64,000 nt of DNA from NCBI GenBank assembly GCA_044358015.1, contig JBIKOO010000003.1:14104-78103 (forward strand), read 5' to 3'. The stretch is from Ilumatobacteraceae bacterium (GTDB lineage Bacteria > Actinomycetota > Acidimicrobiia > Acidimicrobiales > Ilumatobacteraceae). A model generated the notes under the pieces. That model was not told where the DNA came from and made no database searches. It saw only the letters and a list, made by a program, of their open reading frames with translations. The position numbers and the translations under genes were made by a program. Of this stretch, positions 18,635-27,817 are shown piece after piece. The stretch's first letter is position 1, and each line of letters opens with the position of its first letter.

Positions 18635-21600
18635 AGCAGCCATTCAGGTTTGGTGACGTATCAATGCGGAAATCGCTCAAACTTGGCTGACCAGCCTTGA
18701 TAGCGACCGATAACTGTGCTTGGGCTCCCGTGCGTGTTCCTGCGACAACTTTGCTGTCAACGACGAGTACCGCAGACCGCGATCCCACAACGAGCACAAA
18801 CTTAAGAGGCTCTGCGCTGTCATGTTCAATGTCTTTGCCTGTGAATTCGACAGTGTCACTGGAAGATGAGGCTCGTGTCGCAGACAATGAAAGGTGCACA
18901 TTCTCGTAAGACGCTGTTGGATCAGACAGATTGAAGATTATTCCTGAATCGCCACTGAGCTGGTCAAAGGTCAAAGTTCCAGCAATGCGGACACAGTTTG
19001 TTTCTGACAAAACAAATGGCGAGGTTTCGTTAAAGATTTTGTCTTCAGCAATGTTCATTGATTCGGTTGGCTCAGTGATGAGCGTTGTCCAAACTTTATT
19101 GCTGATACCGACTTCCATTGAGTTGCCGTCGTACGCAGTCGTGAAATTTGCAGAGACGTATTGAGCAAAAGGAGTCTGTTCATCGAGCGGGGTTTCTTTT
19201 GGTCGGGCGAACGCTTTCGGTTGAGTTTGTTGCATGTCTTGAGCAAACCAATTCCAGGTGTCTGCCAAAACATACTTCGGTGACGTCTTTCCTAAGTACA
19301 CCTCGCCGATCATGAATGACTTCCAACTGAAGCGAGTTGCGGGTACTCGTTCATGTTCGAGGTATGTCCAGGGATACATGGTCCACGCCAGCAGGGAGTC
19401 GCCTTGATGTGAAACTAAATCAAGGACAGCGCGAGTTGTACGGCCCTCGCCACCTTGACTTTGAGTTCTTTCGGTTTCATGTTGTGCGAAAGTTGTGAAA
19501 GTGCCGACTTTTTCGACCCCGGTCCAAAAGAGATCTGAGCATTGCGAGAACAGAACTATGAGTGCAGTGGCTATCGGTAGCGCGTAATGAACTTTTTCGG
19601 ATTGATGTCGTTGAGGCTGTTGCTGAATTGTTCGGTGAGCAATGACCGTGGCAAGTTGAGCCAACAAGATTGCGCCCATGAATACATTTGGGACAGCAAG
19701 CACCGAAAAATAGTGGCTTGAATAACGTTGGCCGAGGACGAGTTCAGTCCAGCCAGAAATGAACCACAGGACTAATGCAATATGCATGACTCGCTGAAAT
19801 TTCTGGAAGGTCCTCCAGTTGACCCAAGTAGTGAATGCAAACGCAATGACAAGCACGAGCATGATTGGTCGGTCTTGGTAGTAGCCGACAAACTCTTTCC
19901 AACCAAGACCAACTTGATTCATCAAACTACGGCCGGTTCCGGCGCTCATGAATCCGGCGTATGTCCACCACCCCGACCAAAACTCGTTGAAAGAACCGCG
20001 CAACGCATACCACATTGGTGCCGTAAGGACCGTCGCACCAATTGTGGTCATGGCAACAATTACTGGTCGATCAAAATGCGAGGCTTGGCGTCGATGGATG
20101 ATCAACGCACTGCCGATGACGATCGCGGCAAACAATGTTGTTAAGAGAGTTTGAACTGCTAATCCAAGAACTACAAATGAAGCGATGTACGTCCAGCGAC
20201 TCCGACGCACGCTTGACCAGAACTGAGGACACCAAATGAGAGTGAAGACAATCGCAAGCGCGCCGGTCGTCATGTTGCGGCTATAGATAACACCCGCGTA
20301 ATCACTCGACGAGATGGTGAAGTGTAAGAAGGTGAGAACTGATGCGCTTAATGCAATTGTTCGTGATCCACCTGATATTTGAGCGACTGCAGCAACGGCC
20401 GTTGAAAGCAAAGCTGCGATCATTAGTACGTACAGCGATACGCCGAACCAGTATGTTCCATCCGATGTGAAAAGTCGTACCGAGTCGTAAAGCGCTGTTT
20501 CAAGGGGGCCTTTGTTATGAATGCCATTTTGGTAATAGCTGCCACCAAATTTCGCGGCCCTTTCAACAATGGTGCGAGTGTATTGCGGATCAAAGTCTTG
20601 TGAACGATGTTCATTCGCAATCAACGCGCCAAGTGCGACGATAAAGATCGCCGATTGGGCAAATGCGGCCGATAAGCGAGTAATCGGTTTGTCGACAACA
20701 GCCTCATCATCTGAAGCAATCTTTTGATTTTTGAATGAGCAATAGAGCGTTTCAACAGCCAAGGCAATAGCGATGATGACAATGACAAAGATTCGTAAAA
20801 ATGGCCCAACGAGATGGCGCTGTACTTCAACGGCATCTCCTGCGATTGAGGCATACATCTCAGTTAAGAAAGCCGCTATGGAAATCGTCGAAAAAACAGC
20901 AAACTTCCTCGACTTGGCAAAATACAGAAGGGCGATGATGGCAGCAAGCGCAGTTGCAAGCCAAAGCACTAATTGGTTTGTCGTTCGCGGAGAGTCAAAA
21001 CCAAATGTTTGTGCAGGAAGTCGTTCAAGTGTGTTGAAACGGTCGTAATCGCGGAAGTCATACACAAGTGAACCCGGAAGTTCCTTTTGCATGACATCAA
21101 TCCAGAACGGCGCATCCATTGCTAAAGAGAGCAACTGATCGGTTTGTCCTGAGCCGTTGACCCAATGACGGAACTGGGCAAGTTCGGGGGCCTTCAAGAA
21201 AACTTCTCCGTCATCCCAAGTGTTGCGTCCGCTACGTCCGCTTAACGTTTCGCTTGGCGGCATGCCTCGATCTACGAAGTGGTTGGTCATTTCTTGATCA
21301 GGCAGAATTCGTAGCCCGACGTTGTTCATCAGCGGATATTGATTTCGGTTACTGACGCCCTGCGAAATTGAAATGTATGAAAACATGACGAGTAGCAAGG
21401 CGATGCACTTGAACAAAGTTGACCGAAGGTCTTTCTTGCTGGCGCGCCACGCCAAAACAGTTAAGCCAATAACTAGAACCAGTACTGGTATTCCATGTGA
21501 ATCACGGACCAGCATCCACGTGACGGTCGCTAAGGTTGCAATCCAGATTCGGCTTGCAGTGAATGCTTGAGATGCGCGTAGCCAGCAGGTTAAAGCAAAG

Positions 21601-22049
21601 ATCGCCAGCGACATGCCGAGTGATTCACTTAGTACCTCAAGATTCCATAATCCAAATCTTGGTTGGATTGCAATGGCTGCAATCGCAGCGCATGTCAGCC
21701 ACGCAAGTGGGCGTACTCTCATGATGCGCAAAATCGTGTGGCATAAGAAAGCGACCGAAATAGCAAAGAGAAGTGTTTGCAATAAAACGAAAGCTCGCGT
21801 GTTGAAAGCACTCAACCACAACAGAAACGGCACGCCCACGGGCCGTTCGGTAAACCAGAAAGATGGACTCAGCGGCCCAAGTTTGGCAACCTTTAGATAC
21901 GACGCCGAATCTGGAAAGAAGGATGGAAAACCATTTCTCCAACCAGGGCCGACAACTCGAACGACATAGAGCAAAACACCGAAGGTCAAAACCGAGAGCG
22001 AGCGATCTGTCTGCCGCCAACGGATCCTCCAATTACGAATCAAAGTCAT
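18624..22049 (-). CDS. Giant polytopic membrane protein: two multi-TM modules (GT-C glycosyltransferase-like) plus a C-terminal beta-rich extracytoplasmic domain
   Basis: 1141-aa ORF. Many hydrophobic helices lie in residues ~20-460 and ~480-860, with long loops (FFPDSASYL; YYQNGIHNKGPLE). The last ~180 aa are soluble and Ser/Thr/Val-rich (lectin/ConA-like feel). The GT-C assignment is an inference, not a motif match I can prove. Confidence 0.6.
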   Translation of the reverse strand: MTLIRNWRIRWRQTDRSLSVLTFGVLLYVVRVVGPGWRNGFPSFFPDSASYLKVAKLGPLSPSFWFTERPVGVPFLLWLSAFNTRAFVLLQTLLFAISVAFLCHTILRIMRVRPLAWLTCAAIAAIAIQPRFGLWNLEVLSESLGMSLAIFALTCWLRASQAFTASRIWIATLATVTWMLVRDSHGIPVLVLVIGLTVLAWRASKKDLRSTLFKCIALLLVMFSYISISQGVSNRNQYPLMNNVGLRILPDQEMTNHFVDRGMPPSETLSGRSGRNTWDDGEVFLKAPELAQFRHWVNGSGQTDQLLSLAMDAPFWIDVMQKELPGSLVYDFRDYDRFNTLERLPAQTFGFDSPRTTNQLVLWLATALAAIIALLYFAKSRKFAVFSTISIAAFLTEMYASIAGDAVEVQRHLVGPFLRIFVIVIIAIALAVETLYCSFKNQKIASDDEAVVDKPITRLSAAFAQSAIFIVALGALIANEHRSQDFDPQYTRTIVERAAKFGGSYYQNGIHNKGPLETALYDSVRLFTSDGTYWFGVSLYVLMIAALLSTAVAAVAQISGGSRTIALSASVLTFLHFTISSSDYAGVIYSRNMTTGALAIVFTLIWCPQFWSSVRRSRWTYIASFVVLGLAVQTLLTTLFAAIVIGSALIIHRRQASHFDRPVIVAMTTIGATVLTAPMWYALRGSFNEFWSGWWTYAGFMSAGTGRSLMNQVGLGWKEFVGYYQDRPIMLVLVIAFAFTTWVNWRTFQKFQRVMHIALVLWFISGWTELVLGQRYSSHYFSVLAVPNVFMGAILLAQLATVIAHRTIQQQPQRHQSEKVHYALPIATALIVLFSQCSDLFWTGVEKVGTFTTFAQHETERTQSQGGEGRTTRAVLDLVSHQGDSLLAWTMYPWTYLEHERVPATRFSWKSFMIGEVYLGKTSPKYVLADTWNWFAQDMQQTQPKAFARPKETPLDEQTPFAQYVSANFTTAYDGNSMEVGISNKVWTTLITEPTESMNIAEDKIFNETSPFVLSETNCVRIAGTLTFDQLSGDSGIIFNLSDPTASYENVHLSLSATRASSSSDTVEFTGKDIEHDSAEPLKFVLVVGSRSAVLVVDSKVVAGTRTGAQAQLSVAIKAGQPSLSDFRIDTSPNLNGCSNS

Positions 22050-22230
22050 TGTCCTCTTCGGGAAGTACCAAATCCCAGCGGTCGAGGCAATCGCGACACT
22101 TGTAGGTCACGATGTCGCCCGGAAACCACAGACCATCCTCGGGTGGATATGACGTGAGATAACAACGACCTCCACAATCAACACATACGATTTCCGCCTC
22201 AGGAGTCACTTGTACAGTCTGCCGTATCAT
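22033..22230 (-). CDS. 65-aa four-cysteine zinc-ribbon protein, translationally coupled to the giant membrane protein
   Basis: MIRQTVQVTPEAEIVCVDCGGRCYLTSYPPEDGLWFPGDIVTYKCRDCLDRWDLVLPEEDNDFDS, with CxxC...CxxC. Its last 17 nt overlap the ATG (22049) of the downstream gene. The longer 172-aa ORF in the track overlaps rsmD and was trimmed. Confidence 0.55.
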   Translation of the reverse strand: MIRQTVQVTPEAEIVCVDCGGRCYLTSYPPEDGLWFPGDIVTYKCRDCLDRWDLVLPEEDNDFDS

Positions 22231-22236
22231 GGTTCT

Positions 22237-22773
22237 ATGCGTGTTGTTGCCGGAACCTTGCGTGGTCGACCCATCGTTGCCCCAGAGGGCGAGGCGACAC
22301 GACCCACGACCGATCGAGCCCGAGAAGCAACATTTAATTCGTTGATGAGTCTGGGCGCAGTTGACGGAGCCAAAGTCGTAGATCTGTTTGCCGGCAGTGG
22401 TGCCTTGGGTATTGAGGCTTTGTCGCGCGGCGCATCGTCGTGTGCCTTTCTTGAGCGCGACCGTAAAGCTCTTGACTCGATTCGCCACAACATCAAGACG
22501 TTGCAACTCACTGAAAAGACGACAGTGTTGTCCGGTGACGTCATGACACATGTCGTGGCGCTTCGCAATGTTGACCTGGTTTTAGCCGATCCTCCATACG
22601 ACTTTGACCGCTGGGCCGATCTCTTGAAGGTTCTTGACGTGGTCATGGCTCCTGGCGGGGTAGTGGTCACCGAGAGCAGCCGTGAAATTGCGCCCCCCGA
22701 GGGTTGGCAAGCCATTCGATCCAAACGATATGGACGAGCGTGGATGGCCTTTTTGCAACGTACTGACGACTAA
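22237..22773 (+). CDS. rsmD: 16S rRNA (guanine966-N2)-methyltransferase RsmD
   Basis: MRVVAGTLRGRPI...RPTTDRAREATFNSL...DLFAGSGALGIEALSRGA...VLADPPY. Confidence 0.9.
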   Translation: MRVVAGTLRGRPIVAPEGEATRPTTDRAREATFNSLMSLGAVDGAKVVDLFAGSGALGIEALSRGASSCAFLERDRKALDSIRHNIKTLQLTEKTTVLSGDVMTHVVALRNVDLVLADPPYDFDRWADLLKVLDVVMAPGGVVVTESSREIAPPEGWQAIRSKRYGRAWMAFLQRTDD

Positions 22774-22794
22774 AACCGCTACCGTAAAGACTGC

Positions 22795-23328
22795 ATGGTT
22801 GCCTCATCTGCTCTCACGGCTCTGTATCCGGGCAGTTTCGACCCGTTCCACAACGGGCACCTTGATGTTGTCGAGCAGTCAGTTGAACTCTTTGGGGCGG
22901 TTGTCATCGCTGTGATGCACAATCCGCAAAAACCCAGTGGTCTGATTGATCTTGGTCGTCGAGTTGATTTGGTTCGGGCCTGTGTGGCCCATTTGCCCAC
23001 CGTCAAAGTCGCCGCGCATCCTGGACTTGCGGTTGACGCCGCCCGTGCTGAGCAGGTCAATTTCATCGTCAAAGGGTTGCGAAACCCTGGCGATTTCGAG
23101 ATTGAGCAGCAGATGGCGCATACGAATTACTCAGTTTCGGGTGTGCGGACGGTGTATCTGCCATGCCGACCGGGCCAGTCTTTCATTAGTAGTCGGTTCA
23201 TTCGCGATATCGCCCAGCACCATGGTCAGATCGGTCATTTGGTGCCTGGTCCAGTCGCCGCTGCTTTGGCAGGTATCTTTGGAGAACCTGCGGCAGACTT
23301 CCGTCCCAGTTCTGAAAGAAACTCATGA
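22795..23328 (+). CDS. coaD: Phosphopantetheine adenylyltransferase
   Basis: ALYPGSFDPFHNGHLDVV and ISSRFIRDI motifs. Confidence 0.92.
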   Translation: MVASSALTALYPGSFDPFHNGHLDVVEQSVELFGAVVIAVMHNPQKPSGLIDLGRRVDLVRACVAHLPTVKVAAHPGLAVDAARAEQVNFIVKGLRNPGDFEIEQQMAHTNYSVSGVRTVYLPCRPGQSFISSRFIRDIAQHHGQIGHLVPGPVAAALAGIFGEPAADFRPSSERNS

Positions 23329-23945
23329 AACCAGATTTTGACGACTTTGATGATGACACCGGCTCATACGACCGCGGGGTAAATGAGCAGATCGGCGATT
23401 CGGGCGTTTTGTTGCGCCGGGCCATTGACATCATCGCAACCGCGCCAAATATGCCGTTGTCGTCAACGCCACGTATCGACCGTGACGAAATCATTGAGAT
23501 TCTCGAAGAGGCTCTCCATCGTTTGCCTGATGAACTTCGTCAAGCCCGTTGGATGATGAAAGAACGCGATGAATTCATTGCCCGCACCCGCCGTGAGGCC
23601 GATGAAGTCATCGAAGCGGCCAAGGTGCAGGCTGAACGCTTCGTACAACGTGCCGAAGTCGTGCGTGCCGCCGAACAGCGGGCTCGCCAAATTGCCGAAG
23701 CCGCTGACGATGATGCCCGTCGCGTCAAGAACGAGATGGAAGATTTCCTTGATCAGCGGTTGGCCAGTTTTGAGATTCTGCTCGACAAGCTGGTGAAGAC
23801 TGTCGCCACGGGGCGTCGTCGCTTGTCAATTGGTGAACGTCAAGGCGAGGGTTCGTTGTCACTGAATGACGAACCGATCGTTGAGTCGTATTCCGATGAC
23901 TCGGGCGCTATTTTCTTCGACCAAGACAACACTTCGGGCCGGTGA
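23325..23945 (+). CDS. Coiled-coil protein (DivIVA / ATPase-subunit-like), conserved between coaD and yceD in actinobacteria
   Basis: Acidic N-terminus, then a long Arg/Glu/Ala heptad-like segment (RTRREADEVIEAAKVQAERFVQRAEVVRAAEQRARQIAEAADDDARR). Confidence 0.6.
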   Translation: MKPDFDDFDDDTGSYDRGVNEQIGDSGVLLRRAIDIIATAPNMPLSSTPRIDRDEIIEILEEALHRLPDELRQARWMMKERDEFIARTRREADEVIEAAKVQAERFVQRAEVVRAAEQRARQIAEAADDDARRVKNEMEDFLDQRLASFEILLDKLVKTVATGRRRLSIGERQGEGSLSLNDEPIVESYSDDSGAIFFDQDNTSGR

Positions 23946-24454
23946 GAAACCCCCTTTTAGTCAATGCCCTCGAGATGCTGCGGCGTCCCGGGACGGCCAA
24001 AGAAGTCGAGATTTCGTTATTGCCAGGACTTCTTGAACTTGACGACCCCCGTTTAGCACCTGGCACCGAGATTACGGTCGAGGTTCAATGCGAGAGTCTT
24101 TCCGACGGAATTGTCGTGAATGGGCACATTGAAGCCGAGTTTCACAGCGAATGTCGTCGTTGTCTGCAGCCGGTCGGGTCGGTGCTTGATATTGAGGTTC
24201 ACGAGTTGTACCAATTGGTCGTGACCGACCCCGATGCCTTCGCAATTCACAACGATCAGATCGATTTGGCTCCCATGGTGCGTGAAACAGTCCTGATTGA
24301 GCTCCCAGATGCTCCGTTGTGCCGAATTGACTGTGCGGGTCTTTGTCCGACCTGCGGAATTGACCTCAACAACGCAAAATGCAACTGCGTGGCTCCCCAA
24401 ATCGACTCACGCTGGGCCGCTCTCGACGCCTTACGTGACCAATTGCCCGAATAA
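23942..24454 (+). CDS. yceD: YceD/DUF177 family protein (large-subunit rRNA accumulation)
   Basis: ECRRCL...CRIDCAGLCPTCGIDLN cysteine pattern and its position directly upstream of rpmF. Confidence 0.85.
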   Translation: MRNPLLVNALEMLRRPGTAKEVEISLLPGLLELDDPRLAPGTEITVEVQCESLSDGIVVNGHIEAEFHSECRRCLQPVGSVLDIEVHELYQLVVTDPDAFAIHNDQIDLAPMVRETVLIELPDAPLCRIDCAGLCPTCGIDLNNAKCNCVAPQIDSRWAALDALRDQLPE

Positions 24455-24558
24455 TTGTCCGATTAACTTCCAGATCACCCAGAGAGTTGCCGTGTTGGGG
24501 TAGGGATCTGGCCAGATTACCGCTAATCTCCAAGGGCTATTACGAGGAGAAGTGCGCC

Positions 24559-24735
24559 GTGGCCGTTCCGAAAAGAAAAAAATCGAAAATGAAGGGCCAC
24601 AGCCATCAGGCTGGAGCCTGGAAGCTTGAAGCCCCGTCGCGTAGCTTGTGCCCGCGCTGTGGTTCAGCCAAGTTGCCACACACCGTGTGTAAGGCTTGCG
24701 GCTGGTACAAGAACCGCGTCGCTATCGAAGTCTGA
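24559..24735 (+). CDS. rpmF: 50S ribosomal protein L32
   Basis: The GTG at 24559 follows GAGGAG. (M)AVPKRKKSKMKGHSHQAGAWKLEAPSRSLCPRCGSAKLPHTVCKACGWY. Confidence 0.9.
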   Translation: MAVPKRKKSKMKGHSHQAGAWKLEAPSRSLCPRCGSAKLPHTVCKACGWYKNRVAIEV

Positions 24736-24773
24736 TCCAGACATCGTCCGACAATTCTTCGTCTGAGATTTTT

Positions 24774-25742
24774 ATGTTGCCCATCGCTGTCGACGCCATG
24801 GGCGGCGATTTTGCTCCGAGCCAAATCGTTGCTGGAGCATTGCAGGCCGCTGAACTAGGCATTCCTGTTGTCCTTGTTGGCCCCGAAGATCTTGAAGGTC
24901 GCGGCAATCTTGAATTAATCGTTGCCTCTGAGGTCATCGAAATGGATGACGACCCGGCTTACGGAGTTCGTCGAAAAAAAGATTCAACTCTTGTACGTGC
25001 GGCTGAAGCAGTACGCGATGGCAAGGCGTCAGCGATGATTTCGGCTGGCAATACCGGAGCCACGATGGCGTCGGCGTTGTTGCGTATGGGACGTATCAAG
25101 AATGTGAATCGTCCAGCAATTGCCACACCTATTCCTGTACCAGGTGGCCGCCCCACTGTTTTGCTTGATGCTGGTGCTAACGCTGAAGTTGTCGCCGAAT
25201 GGCTCGTGCAGTTTGCGATTATGGGTTCGGTGTATTCGCACCATCGTTACGGTGTAGAAAATCCGCGCGTCGGCCTGCTGTCAATCGGCGAAGAGCCAGG
25301 TAAAGGTGACTCGCTGCGCAAAGAAGCTTTCGAATTGCTCTCAAACGCGACCGGAATCAACTTCATTGGCAACGTTGAAGGTCGCGATGTGATGTCGGAC
25401 AATGTGGATGTCGTGGTGACCGATGGGTTCACTGGCAACGTGGTGTTGAAAACTCTTGAAGGCGGAATGAAAACGCTCATCAAGGCTTTGATGGCCGCGT
25501 TTGCGGCCAAAGAAGAATACAAACCGCACGCCGATGCGTTGTTCCCAGCATTGTTGCCGCTGTACGAAAGTGTCGATCCTGAAAGTACAGGCGGAGCCAT
25601 TTTGTTGGGCGTTGACGGAGTGTGCATCATTTCTCACGGGTCATCGTCGGCTCGAGCAATGGTGAATGGCATCAAGGTCGCATCCGACATGGTGCAATGT
25701 GGCATGGTTGAAGAAATTCGTCGAGCCATCAACGGCGAATAA
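24774..25742 (+). CDS. plsX: Phosphate acyltransferase PlsX
   Basis: MLPIAVDAMGGDFAP...GNTGA...VVTDGFTGNVVLK...GVCIISHGSS. Confidence 0.92.
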   Translation: MLPIAVDAMGGDFAPSQIVAGALQAAELGIPVVLVGPEDLEGRGNLELIVASEVIEMDDDPAYGVRRKKDSTLVRAAEAVRDGKASAMISAGNTGATMASALLRMGRIKNVNRPAIATPIPVPGGRPTVLLDAGANAEVVAEWLVQFAIMGSVYSHHRYGVENPRVGLLSIGEEPGKGDSLRKEAFELLSNATGINFIGNVEGRDVMSDNVDVVVTDGFTGNVVLKTLEGGMKTLIKALMAAFAAKEEYKPHADALFPALLPLYESVDPESTGGAILLGVDGVCIISHGSSSARAMVNGIKVASDMVQCGMVEEIRRAINGE

Positions 25743-25806
25743 CACTCACGCAGTGTTGTCATCGCAGTTATCATCGATGTAACAGCTAGTTGACCTGGAG
25801 GACATC

Positions 25807-26115
25807 GTGCCCGCTGAGACCCATGTAGTAGACGGACCCCTTGATCGTGATGCGATCTTTGCAATCGTTCGCGATCAGCTTGTTGACATTCTTGAAATGG
25901 ATCCCGAAAACATCTCGGAAGGTCAGTCTTTCAAAGACGACCTCAATGCTGATTCGTTGGCACTTGTTGAATTAGTTGACGCACTCGAAGAAGAACTCAG
26001 CGAGCGCACCGTTGGTTTCCGCATTGAAGACGAAGACCTGGCTGACTTAAAGACTGTTCGCGACGCGGTTGACTTTGTGTACGCACACGTTTTGGCGCAC
26101 GGCCAAAAGGGCTGA
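25807..26115 (+). CDS. acpP: Acyl carrier protein
   Basis: FKDDLNADSLALVELVDALEEE contains the phosphopantetheine-attachment DSL motif. It has an N-terminal extension relative to the ~80-aa ACPs, so the start is uncertain. Confidence 0.85.
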   Translation: MPAETHVVDGPLDRDAIFAIVRDQLVDILEMDPENISEGQSFKDDLNADSLALVELVDALEEELSERTVGFRIEDEDLADLKTVRDAVDFVYAHVLAHGQKG

Positions 26116-26922
26116 TTGCTCATGGCGGGCTTTACCGCACCTCGAAAATTGCTCAGCAGGTTCAAGCCGAAATCGACTCGTCGAGAACGCCGCGAAAAAC
26201 GTAGCGAATTCACGGGTGGAGATATCGAAGTATGGACTCGCGAGAACGCTGACCATGCATTCACCAACACTTCGCTGCTGAGGCAAGCGCGCTCACATCG
26301 TTCGTGGTGTGCAGAGCATCCTGGAAACCCAAGCAACGAACGCCTCGAATTTCTAGGTGACGCCATTTTGCAATGGACGATCACTGATCGTATTTACCAA
26401 GCTCACCCCACGATGAATGAGGGTGAACTCACCGATCTGCGTAAATCTCTAGTGAATGCGGAAACTTTGGCCGACATTGCACGAGAGATTCAACTCGGCC
26501 AATGGATTCAACTTGGCGCCGGAGAGTTATCGGCAGGTGGTCGAAAGAAGAGTTCAATTTTGGCGGATGCACTTGAGGCGTTCATTGGCGCTTTATATCT
26601 CGATGGCGGCCCCGATAAAGCGCGGGCTTTTGTCATCAAAATCATGGGTGACCGCGTCATGAGTCAGGCTGATCGTCTCGACGAATTTGATGCTCGTAGC
26701 CATTTGATCCGAGTGTGTGTTCGCGAATACTCACGGCCTCCTTTGGTCGAAATTGAACAGACTGGTGCCGCGCACGAACCAACATTCACCGCCAAGGTCA
26801 TTGTGAATGGCGTTGAAGTCGGCTGCGAAAATGGTCGGACGAAAAAGGCGGCCGCGCAAGCAGCGTCAACCATGGCACTTTCGGTGTTGCACGCGCGCGG
26901 CGTTGATATCGGTCGTGCCTGA
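26116..26922 (+). CDS. rnc: Ribonuclease III
   Basis: NERLEFLGDAIL signature, ADALEAFIGALYLDGG, and a C-terminal dsRBD (GAAHEPTFTAKVIVNG...GRTKKAAAQAAS). A basic N-terminal extension makes the start uncertain. Confidence 0.9.
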   Translation: MLMAGFTAPRKLLSRFKPKSTRRERREKRSEFTGGDIEVWTRENADHAFTNTSLLRQARSHRSWCAEHPGNPSNERLEFLGDAILQWTITDRIYQAHPTMNEGELTDLRKSLVNAETLADIAREIQLGQWIQLGAGELSAGGRKKSSILADALEAFIGALYLDGGPDKARAFVIKIMGDRVMSQADRLDEFDARSHLIRVCVREYSRPPLVEIEQTGAAHEPTFTAKVIVNGVEVGCENGRTKKAAAQAASTMALSVLHARGVDIGRA

Positions 26923-27751
26923 ACTTCCCGAAGTTGAAACAGTCCGCCGAGGACTTGAGCAGCATTTTGTTGGTCGGCGAATTACCAAAGTAGAAGTTGG
27001 TCGCAAACGTTCGGTGCGTCGTACCTCTCGTGAAGAAGTGATTGAGCGCCTCACTGGCGTGAGCGTTATTGAAGCCCAACGACGCGGCAAGTATTTGCTC
27101 TGTTCCTTAAGTTCGGGCGACTCGGTCATGATCCACCTACGCATGAGCGGTCAGGTACTCATCGACACTGCTGGTTCAAAGCGCCCGCCTCATAGTCACG
27201 TGGTGATGACTCTTGACGACGGTAATGAACTTCGATTTGTTGATCCCCGAACTTTTGGGGAAGTCGTGGTTTTTGACCCAGCCGATGTGGCGCACGTTCT
27301 TCCCGAGCTTGCGGCTCTTGGTCGAGACCCGGTTGTTGACGGGCTGACCCTGGCTGAGTTACGAAGAATCCTCCGATCCACTGCCCGAGCAGTCAAGGCG
27401 ACCCTGCTTGATCAACACCTGATCGCTGGGATCGGAAACATTTACGGTGACGAAATCTTGCATCGGGCCAAAGTTCACCCCCGTCGTCCCGCCCGTGACG
27501 TCGGGCCGGCGCAATCGGCACGAATTCATGTCGCCTTACACGAAATCTTGCGGTCGGCAATCGAGCAAGGGGGATCAACGCTCGGTGATGCCCAATATGT
27601 TGATCTCGACGGCGGGTCGGGGAGTTTTCAAGACCAACACCGGGTCTACGCCAGGGCGGGTTTACCCTGCCTGACCTGCGGGCGAGGAATGATCACGAGT
27701 GCGGCTATCGGGGGACGGACCACGAGTTGGTGCAAGGTCTGCCAGCGCTGA
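26915..27751 (+). CDS. mutM: Formamidopyrimidine-DNA glycosylase (Fpg/MutM)
   Basis: The GTG at 26915 gives (M)PELPEVETVRRGL. There is a C-terminal zinc finger (CLTCG...WCKVCQ). It overlaps the rnc stop by 8 nt. Confidence 0.9.
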   Translation: MPELPEVETVRRGLEQHFVGRRITKVEVGRKRSVRRTSREEVIERLTGVSVIEAQRRGKYLLCSLSSGDSVMIHLRMSGQVLIDTAGSKRPPHSHVVMTLDDGNELRFVDPRTFGEVVVFDPADVAHVLPELAALGRDPVVDGLTLAELRRILRSTARAVKATLLDQHLIAGIGNIYGDEILHRAKVHPRRPARDVGPAQSARIHVALHEILRSAIEQGGSTLGDAQYVDLDGGSGSFQDQHRVYARAGLPCLTCGRGMITSAAIGGRTTSWCKVCQR

Positions 27752-27817
27752 ATTCGGGTTTGGCTTGGCTGATCGACGGGGGAACTCGTTACCCCTGTGA
27801 ACTAAGGTCGTGACGCC

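Noticed and set aside
22231-22551. The N-terminal 107 aa of the 172-aa ORF 22033..22551(-)
   Set aside because: This part overlaps the well-supported rsmD gene on the other strand. Only the C-terminal 65-aa zinc-ribbon segment, starting at the internal ATG at 22230, is free of overlap.
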